A DNA stretch of 57,380 nt, the filler included, from Dugesia japonica (taxonomy: Eukaryota): NCBI GenBank assembly GCA_001938525.1. It is 5 parts of 5 records of this genome, joined end to end, with 100 filler letters (N's around TTAATTAATTAA, not from the genome) between each part and the next. Parts side by side here need not be neighbours in the genome. Positions count along the whole stretch, not along the records: positions 18,637 to 28,401 come from MQRL01626997.1; positions 28,502 to 36,814 come from MQRL01648146.1; 3 more parts are not named here. One strand, written 5' to 3'. Every line of letters starts with the position of its first letter. The first letter of the stretch is position 1. The position numbers were made by a program, and so were the translations under genes. The notes under the pieces are model-generated. The model was not told the origin of the DNA and did not search any database. It saw only the letters and a program-made list of their open reading frames with translations. Positions 23,125 to 35,957 of this stretch are shown one piece after another.

Positions 23125-25359
23125 AGAACTAATTCCAGTTCACTAAAATTATACTATAATAAAAGTGTCAATTACACACCAATTGCATTCTTAAATATGG
23201 GGAATATAAGTGATGCAATGATTCAAGAAATATATTATATAATTCACAATGTTTATACGGGTCACATCAATCACAACATACATATGGATCAAATCAATAT
23301 TTAATTATCAGAAATATACCTTACTCATATCTACCCCAACCAATATGGCGTAAGCCAGTCGATATTTCGAAAAATTTCAGTACCATCAGTTTATCTAATT
23401 TTATAGCTCCTATTGTGTAGTTTATCAATTATAGCGTAACGACTATCGTATCGTTTTTTTTGTTAATTTCTAACATCAATTTTACTCCAAATTTTTTCAC
23501 CAATTTTTATACTCCTTTCTATATTATTATTCATTAGATTCGATATATTCTCATTGGTCAGAAATTTATTTGAGCTTTCAAATTTATCTATACTTAGATG
23601 TTTTTCTAAAAATTATTTCTGCACGACTTATTTTAGTACTTTTATAAATTTTCGAATTCATAGTAAATTTTATTTGAGGTAAACATTCTTCCAAATTTCT
23701 GAATAATTTATCTTCGATACAGCAATATATCCAGTCTCTAATCGTTCGAAATCGACGTTCTACTTGACCATTTGCTTGACGGTGGTATGGACTACAATAT
23801 TATATTTTAAAATTAAATTTCTTTGCCAAATCTTTGAAATTTGATGATAAAAACATATTCCATGGTCAACATGAATCGATCTCGGTGAACCAAACTTCAA
23901 TAACTAATATTCACTTCAAATCTTGATTAAAGTTTTATCATCTTAATTTTTTACGGCTTCTAGTAAAATATATTTGCTATACTGATCAATAATTACAAAT
24001 ATATACTTTTTTCCTGTTTTATCAATTTAAATGGTCCGCAAAAATCTATGTAAATAGATTCAAATGGTTCATTAGTAGCTAATCTTTAGCATTCCTCTTT
24101 CGTTTTCATTGAATAAACTTTTCCTTCATGAAATATTCTGCAATTCTTTAAATATTTCTTTACATATTCTTCACGTTTTTCCATATAATAATTTTGTTTC
24201 ATACAATCTAACACCTTTTAAAATCCAGTGTGGCATAATTTCTGTTGAATTTCTGTCACGATGTCATATTGTTTATCTTTAGGAACATATATTTCATTAT
24301 TTTTAAAAATAATTCCGTCTTGATATTCAAATTTTTTCTGTCTCTTTATTAGCAATCTTATTTATTATTTCATTAATTTCTTCATTATTTCTCTGCATTT
24401 CATATTTGATGATATTTTCATTTGCAATTAATAAACGAGTTTGGGCTTTTCTAGTTTTAGTATCAGTGTGTTCCATATTAAATTTTTTACACAACTGATT
24501 ATTCAATCTTGATAAAGCATCTGCGTTTGAATGTTTCTCTCCTTTTCTGTACTCCAACTTGATATTTAAACTACTGAGAAAATTTATCCAATTTTAAAAT
24601 TGAGCTGTAATTGGTTTAACATAAAAGTTATCGCATTATGGTCTGTTCGCAATAAAAACATTTTGCGTATAAATAATGCTTAAAGTGTTGAGTAAAGTGA
24701 AATACAGCACTAATACTGTCAAAACCTGCGTCCGTATCTAGAATAAATAAACAACTGAAATCAGGGAGACATAATATATGAGCATTTGACACTTTATCTT
24801 TCAGTTTCTCTAATGCTATTTCACATTTAGATGTCCAAATATTTTCTTTCGTACTTAATAAAGATTCCACTTTATCAGTATCAGTCAGTATTCTGTCAGT
24901 ATTAATTACATGACATAAAAGTTTTATTTCTGATACCAGAAATTTCCATTTATCAGGATTAATTTGTAAACCAGATTTAGATATCCTTGGAAATAGCTTG
25001 TTCAAAATCGAAATATGGTCATCAATTGTTTTTGAAAAAATTAAAATATCATCCAGACAGATCAAACTTTCTTTCTAATTCATGTCTCCTATAATAATCG
25101 TAATTTACTTTTGAAATATGGATGCCGCTGCAGCAATTTTAAGCGGCATTCTATTAAAATAATATTACTCATATTTTAAGGAAAATGCTGTTTTAATGTT
25201 TGATTCATCCTCCAATTCAACTTGGTAATGTGCATTTCCAAGGTCGATTGATGAAAAGTACTTAGCTACATTTAGTGAATCTACCATTTGGTTTACATTA
25301 GGAATATGGAATGCAGGTCTAACTGTAGTTTTATTTAACAACCAAAAATCCAAGCACAT
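23125..25359 (-). mobile_element. Gypsy/Ty3 LTR retrotransposon pol remnant (RT-RNase H-integrase) with probable 3' LTR remnant
   Basis: MCLDF..LNK, YFSSIDL..AHYQV, KTAF, LDDILIFS, FILDTDA, YRKGEKHSNADALSR, IDFCGP, FGSPRSIHVD, SPYH.QANGQVER, in Gypsy order with many stops and frameshifts. Confidence 0.93.
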
Positions 25360-26944
25360 TTAAAATTCACACATTGTTTACTTTAAAAGGTGTGAAATTC
25401 ACACTTCGAGTGTAATTTCAATGTGTACGTTAATGTGTGAAAGTTTACAACTATTTTTTTTTACATTATGACGTGTGAAGTGAACTGTCAATCATCTGCT
25501 CTCAACAGCTCATTTCCATCTACTGATGTCTATGATTTGAGATTTATTAAATATGAATTCGACAATGCGAATATGTGTGACTGTATGTCTATTTTTAATG
25601 TATGTTTGAATGAATGTTTGAAAAATTAATTAGATTGTTTTGTTAATTCGAATGTTTCTTTATATAATTTTGATGATTATTTTGTTAGTGAATTGGATGT
25701 AATGTTGATTCAGTAATTTACAAATATACTAAATACACTAGTAAAATAGTTGAGATGAAGTTGAGATAGTAGTGCGTCTGGTTTGTATTGATCAATCAGT
25801 CATGATTGGACATCGTCAAAGATTGGAACATCTACCATTTTCTAAAAACGAAAATATTGCATTTTAAAATTTCGATGAACGAATACCAAAATATTTTTGA
25901 TTGCCTACCAATCATCAAAACAAGCAAATCGTGATTACGGCTCATTTTCTTCGACATTCTCAAATTTTATTGTGAAGTCAATATGGTTGGCTGGAAAATT
26001 TGGTTATCGATAAACATATACTACTGACTATACTGAGGCATATGTACAATCGATTATTAGTAAAATGGGTCTGTTAAATGTAGACCGAAAAATTGGTATT
26101 ACTATGAAGACATTTAAAGATACATACACGTTTTTTCAACTTTGTATTCGTTCCGGAATTTTCTGTTTATTTATCAAATAAAATCATTTTAATTTTAGCA
26201 TACTTTGTTTTTCTAAAGATAATAAACACAATAATTTCTTTAAAATTTCGATTAATATAAATTCAACATATAATTATAATATATAAATAAAATATATAAA
26301 TAAAATAATTTTATTTTAAATTAATATGAATTTAAAATTTAAAATATTTTAATTTAAATTAGCTTTATTATAAAAGTAACAAATCAGAAAAGTTTTAATA
26401 ATCTATAAAAATATCTAAATTGAATTCTCAACGATTGTTTAATATTAATATATTTCAATTTATTATTATAATTATTATTATTATTATTATTAAACTAGCT
26501 TGATTGGTAAATTATCCTACAAATTTTATTTTTCGGGACCTTACTAATTGCAAACCGAAGAAATCAGTCTAGTCAATAATTTATTTATTGGAGAGATTAG
26601 AAATTATGAAGATATCTCTTCAACTAATTACTGAAGATTAAAGGCTATGTAAAGAAAAAGATTTTTCTGGGTTTTGATAATAAAATTTAAAATGATTCTT
26701 AATAAATACATTTTTCTGCGTAAATAAAGAAAACTAATTCCATAAAACAATATTGGACATTTTCTATAAAAATTATTATCTTTTATAATAAAATACGTAC
26801 ATATGAAAATAAAATTTGAAATAAAATAATATTTATATTATAAAATCAATAATTTATCAACTGTCATAAAAATCAATACTTTTTTTTAATTTTAACATTT
26901 TGATAGATTAAAACTCTGAGTGCTGAAATATTAAAAAGTTTCTA

Positions 26945-27460
26945 CTCTGATCCGCACCATANTTTTGTATTAATTTTACTCAAAAAATCAATAAATAATA
27001 TTGCATTGATTTTCATTTATTTTTTGTATTTTATTATATTAATTAATTACCGCCGATTTTTTTACTAATTTTTCTGTTTTAACTGTTTTAGAAATGTAGC
27101 ATTTTAATTGGTTGTTACGATTACGTAAATCATAATTATTTCCCTATATCCCCCGTCTTAAGAAACTTTCTAAAATTTTCCACATTTCTTTCAAATCGCT
27201 GTCTATTTTCTCTTTGTATTTCATACCGCCTTTCATAAATTTTTTCAATTATTTTATATGGTCCTTCAAATCTATCTTGACTTTTTTTCGTGTTTCTATC
27301 TTGATGAGTACAAAATCACCTACTTTAAATTCTTTGTTAGTAATCACGTCTGAAGTGTTTTCTTTAGTTCTATCTGAAACCTCTGAGTCATACTACTTTT
27401 CTCTGCTAATTTTCTTTCTCGAAATTGTTCTACTTTCTTTAGTAACATTGTTTATATAGA
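26945..27460 (-). mobile_element. Gypsy 3' fragment: integrase GPY tail, PPT, short LTR, PBS-like site
   Basis: FKVGDFVLIK and DRFEGPYKIIE; purine tract AAGACGGGGGA (27159-27149); ~180 nt later TGGTGCGG (26959-26952). Confidence 0.6.
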
Positions 27461-27829
27461 TAGAATAATGGCAAATACCTAAATTAGTTAAGAAATAAAA
27501 GACTTGTTATAATAATTGTACATAGCGATTTAGAAATATTTGGCTTTTATAGGTTTACAGATCTATCTTGTAAAATTTCGTAATATTTTGTAATTTAAAT
27601 ATGGCAGTACACTATTATTCTCAAAGAATAAAACACATTTCAAAACCTTGAAATTAAACTAAAATCAAGAAAATCAATTACCGGATTTTCCCATAAATAA
27701 CATTTGGTCTTATTTTTTACAAGATTTAAAAAACTGAAAATGAGACAGCTCTTATTTTTGGGAACACGTATTTACGCAGAATAATATAATTTAAAAAATC
27801 TAAATTTATTATTATGTATAAAAAATGAA

Positions 27830-28000
27830 AATATATTTAATGCTAGAACATCTAAAGGTTGTAAATATGATTTAGTACGAAGAATACAAATGAGATTTGT
27901 ATTCCATGCGCTTAGTTCGTCTAGACCTGAAGCGTCTTAGTAAACAACAAACGAATCATGTAGTAACAATCTTTTACTTGTTCTTTTAAATGGCTTTGTA
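27830..28000 (-). pseudogene. pogo-like DDE transposase fragment
   Basis: KRLLLHDSF...NTNLICI...YLQPLDV. Confidence 0.6.
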
Positions 28001-30839
28001 ATATTCAAAAATAATTTAATCCAGGTTTTCATGATATTTGGTTGCTGATTTACTTGATAAGTTATTACATTCTTGGTTTTATTTTTGACTTTCATTCAAT
28101 TTTTCTTTGTTTTTATAAGATTTTCTACTTATTAATTGGTTTAGAAAATTATGTCATTTGATTATTTAAACGAATGCGCAATAAAAATATTTATAATTAT
28201 TCTTGCTAAGTTAATAATGGAAAATATACCATATTCACAAAAAAAGAATAAATGAAGAAGATAAACAAGAAGATAAAAAGAAGATAAAAAAGAAGATAAA
28301 AAGATAAAGAAGATAAACCTCAAATTAATGTAGTGTTCAACAATTACAAATTTTAAAAAAAAGAGATATTTTTGATAAAAAAAAAGTCTATATCAATATC
28401 TNNNNNNNNNNNNNNNNNNNNNNNNNNNNNNNNNNNNNNNNNNNNTTAATTAATTAANNNNNNNNNNNNNNNNNNNNNNNNNNNNNNNNNNNNNNNNNNN
28501 NCGATGAGCAACAATCTGCTAAGACAAATATGGAGATAAGAAACTGAAAAATACAATTTTTGGAAGAAAATATGGTAAAAGAGAAGAGAAGAAGAATAAA
28601 AACAATTACTGATGAATGATAAACAATCGGATTTCAATGGAGCCTATGTTATTCGCCAGTTTAAGGTAGAGCAGTGGGAAATGAAAAGTGTTTGTGTCTG
28701 ATCATATCTGAAATACGGTGGAGGAAGTCAAGAAATTCCAAAACTGTAAAGTTCAATTTGGAATCCATGCCGAACTCGAAGGAGATGAAAATGATCAAGA
28801 GAAGGAGATTAGGGAATGGTCGTGGTCATACAAAGCCATTAGATATTCAGAAGAGTTTTTAGAAAAAATAATTCAATTTTTAATTTTATTTTTGAATATA
28901 TATTAAGAAACATGGCCTTTTGATACAGACGATAAAGAAGAATGGGCAGTAAAAATACTGATGTAATAGAAAATAAATAAAATATAATAAAATAAAATAT
29001 ATTAGTAAAATTTACTTATGTATAAATATAGTTTGGGACTCGAGAGTGCCACAGAAATGCAATATTTTGATGGTGATTTGTGGCCTGATTAGACTGAAAC
29101 TTATAAAATAGAAAAACGCGATTGTAGGAAAGTTTTCAATTTAGAAAAAGAATTAGCAAAAATAATTATTAGCTTGTGGTTATTCTTAAGATAAATGAAA
29201 TGCCAATCAAGGACAAAGGCAATAACAATTTATAAAATATATTAACATACTTAACATATTAAAACGGTTCTGTTGAGTCTCTTAAGACTCATTCATTTTT
29301 AGTGTATTGTGAAGTGTACTTACATATTATGAGCGCATAATTTTATACTTAATCTTCCTAAAAACTCATAAACTAACAAAAATATTATGAACAACAATTA
29401 AACATATTTATTATTTGGAACATTTCAACGAAATAAACATTATCAACAATAAACACAGATTAACAATCCATCAGTTAGAATATTTTCTAAAACCACTCTT
29501 GCTCTTACCACTCTACTATTGACTCAGTTAGAAAAACCACAGATAACAAAATATACACGAAGACTCAACCGTTCTTAAGTGATGGTGAAAAGAGTATTTG
29601 CATAGTAAGAGCGTATGATTAAGTAATTAATCTATGTTCAAATCAATAATTAATTTTAATTACACTAAAGAAAGAATCAAATGGAAAACAGATTTACAAG
29701 AAATTTGGATTAATGAACAGTTAATTATTAACTATTTTTTGAGATATTTATCCAAGATAAACTTTGGTCTTTAATTTTTCACTAACGATTGATGCGGTTA
29801 TTAATTTATGGCTCGGGACTTCCTTGTATAACTTGTGCTAGATAATTTAGAATAAATATGAAAATTACCTGAAAGACATAAAAGATCTACAGGAAAAGCG
29901 GTGCATTGCTTATTATTCATTATATCTAGAATTTGTTAATTGTTCCCCTGTTTCACATTGAGCACAGCGGATTAAGATATGATATTTTGGAAAAATTTAA
30001 AAAGAAATCATAAAGCAAGAATAGGAAGAAATATCGATGTTTAATTTGAAATTGATTTGAAATCTCTTCTTGATATGCTTCCACGATCATTATATAAAGT
30101 TTTAATTTGAAACTTATAAATGTTGGGGTAAAATTCTTGAATTTCATTTGCGCTAAAATTATTATAGGTCATTTCCTGAATTTTAGAAGTTTTAAATTTT
30201 TTAAAACCTTTGTAAATATAATTTTTTTAATTTTAGGATAATCACTTTTAATATTAACATTTTCATCGTTAAAATAATCAAACCATTGTTTTAAAATGGC
30301 GAATAACGACTTTTATTTGAATTTTCTTGAAAATATCGAAAATGTCTATTTAGGGACAAATTAGAATAGTCAAGGGAATGATTAGTAGAATTTTGGCTAC
30401 TAATTTGCAAATCTGAAGGACAGACATTATTTGAAAAATTTATATTTTCATTATTGGTATTATTTTTTGAAGCAATATTATTGTTAATATCTGACTTATT
30501 ATCAAAAATTACGCAGCTAATTTTGCCATTAGTAGTCAATTTTACTTTTTCTACATGGTTTTACAGGATCAGCAGAATTATTAATGATATAAATAGTAGA
30601 ATTCTTACTTTTTTGATTATAAATGTAGCAGCTTTGCGACGATTATTAACATCACTAGGAGCTTTGACAGTGAAATTATGGAGAATCTTATGATACTGGT
30701 ATTATTGCGCCCATTGATGACAAAATTTGGTAAAGTTCCATTACTTATTTCTAGCTATTACCAAGCGCTATTGTATGCAATTAAGTAAATTTATAAAAAC
30801 GTTGTTGTTCTCCTCATTGTTCCACTCAAACGAATTCTT

Positions 30840-31890
30840 ATTTTGACACTGATGAGGAATTCATAAGCTATAACTACGATACAAGAGAAGCTACAAAACT
30901 TCACAGAAACTATACATTTAGCATGTCTTTAAATAAATTCAAATCAATGGAAGAATATTATTTGAATCTATAAAAAACAATGTCAAATATAGTTTATATA
31001 AATATGAGTCATATGTTTAGATTTAACCATTGACTTATATTTTTAGTGTCTGGCAGTGGATATAAACATGTCCAGGCATATACTGAATTCAAAAATGCTA
31101 TTAATTTCCACAGATCTCAAGATTTATTTCACGTTTCATAAGTGAAAAGCGTTCCAAAAGAAAATAAACGATTGGGGATACTGTATTGTACGAAACTACA
31201 AACAAGAAAATCATGAACAATGCCTTAATCGTATGGAATTCCATCAATTGATTGTTTTGATAATGAAACTGGTATAATAACTGTAAGTAAAAAATCTAAA
31301 AAAGTAAAAATGTATGGCATAATGCGTTTATTTTGTCTTAAAAAAACAGCTATCGAAATGATAAAAAATAATTTCCATGAAGTGTATTTGTGTAAAAATA
31401 GTGTTGAAAATAAAATCTCGAAAGTGAATATGGACATGCCACTTCTTATTTTCAAACGTTTAAATTAGATTTTATAAATGTATGGGATTTCAAGTCCCAC
31501 ATACTTATGGGTCGTAGTAATTTGGGCAAAACTAAATTTGCACTTGCTCATTTAAATAAACAGGTACATGTAAAAAAATGCAGAATTTTATTGATCCAAA
31601 ATATGTGATGGTATGGTACACTAAATACAAATGAGTTATTGGGTATATTAGACGTGACTAGAGAAAATAATGTAAATATAAAGTATACCACAGGTTATAT
31701 TCCCAATTTTCTTTCACAAAAAATTTGCTTAAATAAAAGCACGCAACCGTATCTAAAGAAATGTTCTAATGAAATTAACGAAGCAATCACTAGATGTATT
31801 GTCATAAATAATTTTAATGAAACTATATACGATAAATGCATTGATATTTCTACATTACAGATGTATGAGAAGGGGGAAAACGGGCCTTGA
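30840..31890 (+). pseudogene. rep: Endogenous CRESS-DNA-virus-like Rep (HUH endonuclease plus SF3 helicase), disrupted
   Basis: In one frame: RNYTF (motif I-like, 30905), SGYKHVQAYTEF (motif II, 31067), YCTK..TR (motif III, 31184). After a frameshift: GRSNLGKTKFALAH (Walker A, 31510), ILD...NIKY...IP...ICLN and EAITR. Confidence 0.8.
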
Positions 31891-33739
31891 CCAGGTTTAC
31901 TAAAAGGAACGAGTTTTACTGTTGTGAAGCAGACTCGGAAGAACGCGACATCTGTGGAACAATGTTCAGACATCGTTTTGTGAAAACTTGTTATTGTGAT
32001 ATTAAATGTCAATTAACTACTCTCCACGTGTTATATGTTTATACGTTACTATTGTGACTCGTGAATATAATCTGTTTAATATAAGTAAATTGCTTAGAAA
32101 AAAAGCTATGCAAAATAAAATGCTTAACGCAATGAACAAGTTTTCAAGCAAAAATGTTTTGTCATTTTATGTTTTATTAAGTATAATAAATTTTATACCT
32201 GAAATGCTTTCATGATTTTTGAATGTTTACATATTATTGGTTATTTAATTTTATTATTTATTTTAAATTTTTCAGTTAATTGTTATCGATGGTATATTAA
32301 TTATAACTTAGTTAATGTAATGAATTCATAAAACAATACGTGTGTAAATTATACTAAACTGTAATATTATGACCGATATTATTAATGTCCTTACAGACTT
32401 TTGTTATAAATTTGTTATCAACGCTTGTTTCTCTTATAATAATGGCCATTATTAACAGGTGTATGATGCTTACGAAGAACTAAATATGGCTGACAATAAC
32501 GAACTTCCTGAAATTGATGAAAATTTATTGGCGATGTATCTGATCCTTATCTGGAGAGCTGGAAAAACAAACGGAATCATATTTGTTGGGCTCCAGGCAC
32601 AGCAAATCTTTTTTGCACATCCTCGCAAGCGATTTTAAGAGAATTGGAAAGCAGCTAATCTCATTTTTATTTACTTCATTCTTTTTCAATTAGTTACCTT
32701 ATTCGTTAAATGACGTATATATTCATGGTCTCATATAGACATTATCACAAAGTCCAATGAAACAAAATTCTAAAGTATCATTGGTAAAACCTTTATAACA
32801 ACACTAATAACAGAAATAAGATCAGCACACAATTTCTTTGCTTAATTAGCAGTAATGTTATGATATTCAATTTAATTCAAGAATATTGTTCTCTTAAATA
32901 TTTAAATTGTTTAGGAAAACAAATCATTAAGATTTTAGCACAAATAATAAATTTTTCAGATTTTTAAAAGAAATTAAGAAAGAATTTTTCCGCAACCTAA
33001 AATACTAAGTTCATTGCAATATTTATACTGTCGGTTTTAAATAGATCCTATTCGAAGAGAAATTTCGTGGAATTATTGGTTTGACCTTGTGAAAAAATTT
33101 TCCAGAAATAAATAGCATTACTTTCTCAAATATAACCCATTTTACATCACTCGTAATGGTACCGAATAGCAATTATTCAGAAAATGTTTATTTTTGATAA
33201 TTTTATGAATTTTTTTAATTAAATAATAATATAAATAATTTCGATATTTTCATATAATAATAATTTAAATATGGAATATTAAAGTCATTTGTGTCTCATT
33301 TAGAAGATTTTCATTATATAGTAAAACCTATTCTTGCTCTTATCGCTTCAAATCGTTCCAAATTTTCATCATGAGTGAATTGGTTCCGACAAAACATAGC
33401 TACAAGTTTCAAATGCTAGAATTTCAACGCCATACAAAATTTGTCGGATTAGTGGTTGAATATCAGCTTTACTATATTCAAATGTTCATTTATAAAATCA
33501 AAAATAACTCATAATAATCGGAACTAATGAATAACAGCATAGTTATTGCTACAAATGATTGATTGTTTCTTTTATAATTACCCAATTAAATTACAACATA
33601 TAAAAACTTCCATTGATTTTTCCTAAAATGTTTGTTGTCTTTATTTACTAATCTACATTTATATGTAAATTTCCTTGAGGTTAAAATAAGTCAATATTGT
33701 TCAAAAATTTGATATAACTTGTACAAGCAGCTTGTGATG

Positions 33740-33935
33740 TGTGGAGCTATTTTTCACGTTTCTTTCTTTTTCAACACATTACTGCAATTAAGCGCTTAGT
33801 AGAAACTCAGTGGAGTTCGAAAAAGACGCTTAAAAAAAGAGATGTGTTATAAAAATAATTACACGAAAATTATACTTGCTTCAGAACAATTAACTGGTAA
33901 AGAAAATATAGCTACAAGATCAGATGCTGGAATAC
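33740..33935 (+). pseudogene. hAT (ZMYM1-like) transposase fragment
   Basis: IKRLVETQWSSKKD...IILASEQLT...TRSDA resembles LK.LS.TRWSSR.DA. Confidence 0.55.
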
Positions 33936-34264
33936 CAACTATTAAGATTGTAACAAAAATAATATATTTTTTTCAGATTTTCAAGAATGTTTTAGAATAT
34001 ACAAATTTCTCTGAATCGTCAATGTTGTCAATTGTTTCATTTATAGTTGTCATTTTCCAATTAAAGTCTTAATTTTTTATTGCTCACCCCTTTCTTTCGA
34101 TAAATCATTTTACTTTCAACTTTCCGCTTTATACTACTAAATTCATTAATTAAGTTATTTTATATTTGTTTTTATGTATTGCTCACTATTCTGAAGACTT
34201 GGAATTATGAATACTCAAATGCAATTTTATCTACAATTAACATATACACAATTACTACCCTTAC

Positions 34265-34550
34265 AATGTCTGACAATAACGGAATAATATAAGTGATGGA
34301 GTGCCGAAAAAGAAATTAAAACATTTAAAAACAAAATTCAATGACAAATGACTAACAAATATTAGGTATCAAAGTTGGTTACAGAAACAAATAACTTCAC
34401 GGCTTAGTGCAAGATGCGTGGCATGATTTTTATTATTAATATCTAATATTTATTTATTAAAAGGGAAAAATCCGTTAAACAACATGGTACAGCAATTAAA
34501 TGTTTGCATTGCTAAACTAGCTGCCGTATACCACACAATTGGAAAACCTT
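34265..34550 (+). pseudogene. hAT transposase N-terminal zinc-finger region fragment
   Basis: KFNDK*L...YQSWLQ...A*CKM and AKLAA. Confidence 0.45.
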
Positions 34551-34624
34551 CGAAATGAATTATAATTATGATAATTAAAATAATAATAATTATGATAATA
34601 AAATTAATAATAATAAAGATGATC

Positions 34625-34690
<66 letters not shown>

Positions 34691-34740
34691 NNNNNNNNNN
34701 NNNNNNNNNNNNNNNNNNNNNNNNNNNNNNNNNNNNNNNN

Positions 34741-34804
<64 letters not shown>

Positions 34805-35714
34805 GTAATATGAACAATATAGTTGGACTAGAACACCAATATTAATGAAATAAAAAGTGGGCATGTCATGGAGATAATAAGGTAATGAGATAATGTTGTG
34901 GTATGATATTCGTGTATGTGGTAAATGAAAAGTCAATTATTACTGGGAAATGGGAATATCACGGTCAAAAAAAATTTAATGCAATAAAAAAAATTATTTT
35001 TCAATTTATTTGATAAAATAATTTTTGTATCGAACATAAAATAGTTTACTTATGTGAGAAATCTTGTAATTGTCTACTTGTATCTCTTAAGTGATTAATT
35101 TTTGTTTAAAAAAATACAAAATGGGACGTAGCCAAATTGTTTCATCTTCAGTTGTTACAATTATTTGTGTGCCACATTTGAAAAGCTATAAAATTATTAT
35201 TTACTTAAATTTTTCCAAAGAATTTATTTTATTTATTGATTTTCTAATTTGTACTTCACTTCTCTGTCGAAAAAATACTTTAACTATCAACTATTTGCTG
35301 TTGTTTCGTTGGTTTTAGAGACGCCAAATGTTTCAATTTTTTCAGCGAATCACATTGATAATTTATTAATTTATATTACATTGGTAAGAAGAAAATTTCG
35401 CTATTTGAATCTTGTTTTTCAACTCAAACTCTTCATATCCAGATAATAATTACTAATTGAAATAACACCCATTTCAATCGGTACTTGAAATAAGTTCATT
35501 TGTCCTCGTAGAATAGATTTCCAGTGTTCTGGATTCAATAAACTGTCAGAAAGCATTTTCAGCAGCTTATTAGTTATAAAAAACTTTACTTTGTAGGAAA
35601 AGCCCACGATGTTTAAAGAAAAGATAATTGGTAGGTGTGAGGACTAGTGAATAGGGCAATCTTGTAGTTTTGATATTAATTATCCTATGAGAACTTCAAA
35701 CTCATCTAACAATG

Positions 35715-35957
35715 TTATTGAATTTTAATTGGATAATTTGTTTTATTCATTGAATTTTAATTGAATAATTTATTTATTTTATTGTTTTTTAATTGGATAA
35801 TTTATTTTATTGAATTTCAATTTGATAATTTAATTTATTTATTGAATTTTACTCGGATAATTTAGTTATTTTAATGACTTTTAATTGGATAATTTATTTT
35901 ATTGAATTTCAATAGGATATTTTATTTTATTGAATTTTAATTGGATAATTTATTTAA
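35715..35957. repeat. Minisatellite, ~30-35 nt unit
   Basis: Repeated tattgaattttaattggataattta(tttt). Confidence 0.8.

Noticed and set aside
31009-31046. Possible in-frame 39-nt intron within the Rep fossil
   Set aside because: Weak donor, and such AG-ending T-rich strings are common in this genome; unsupported without paralogues.
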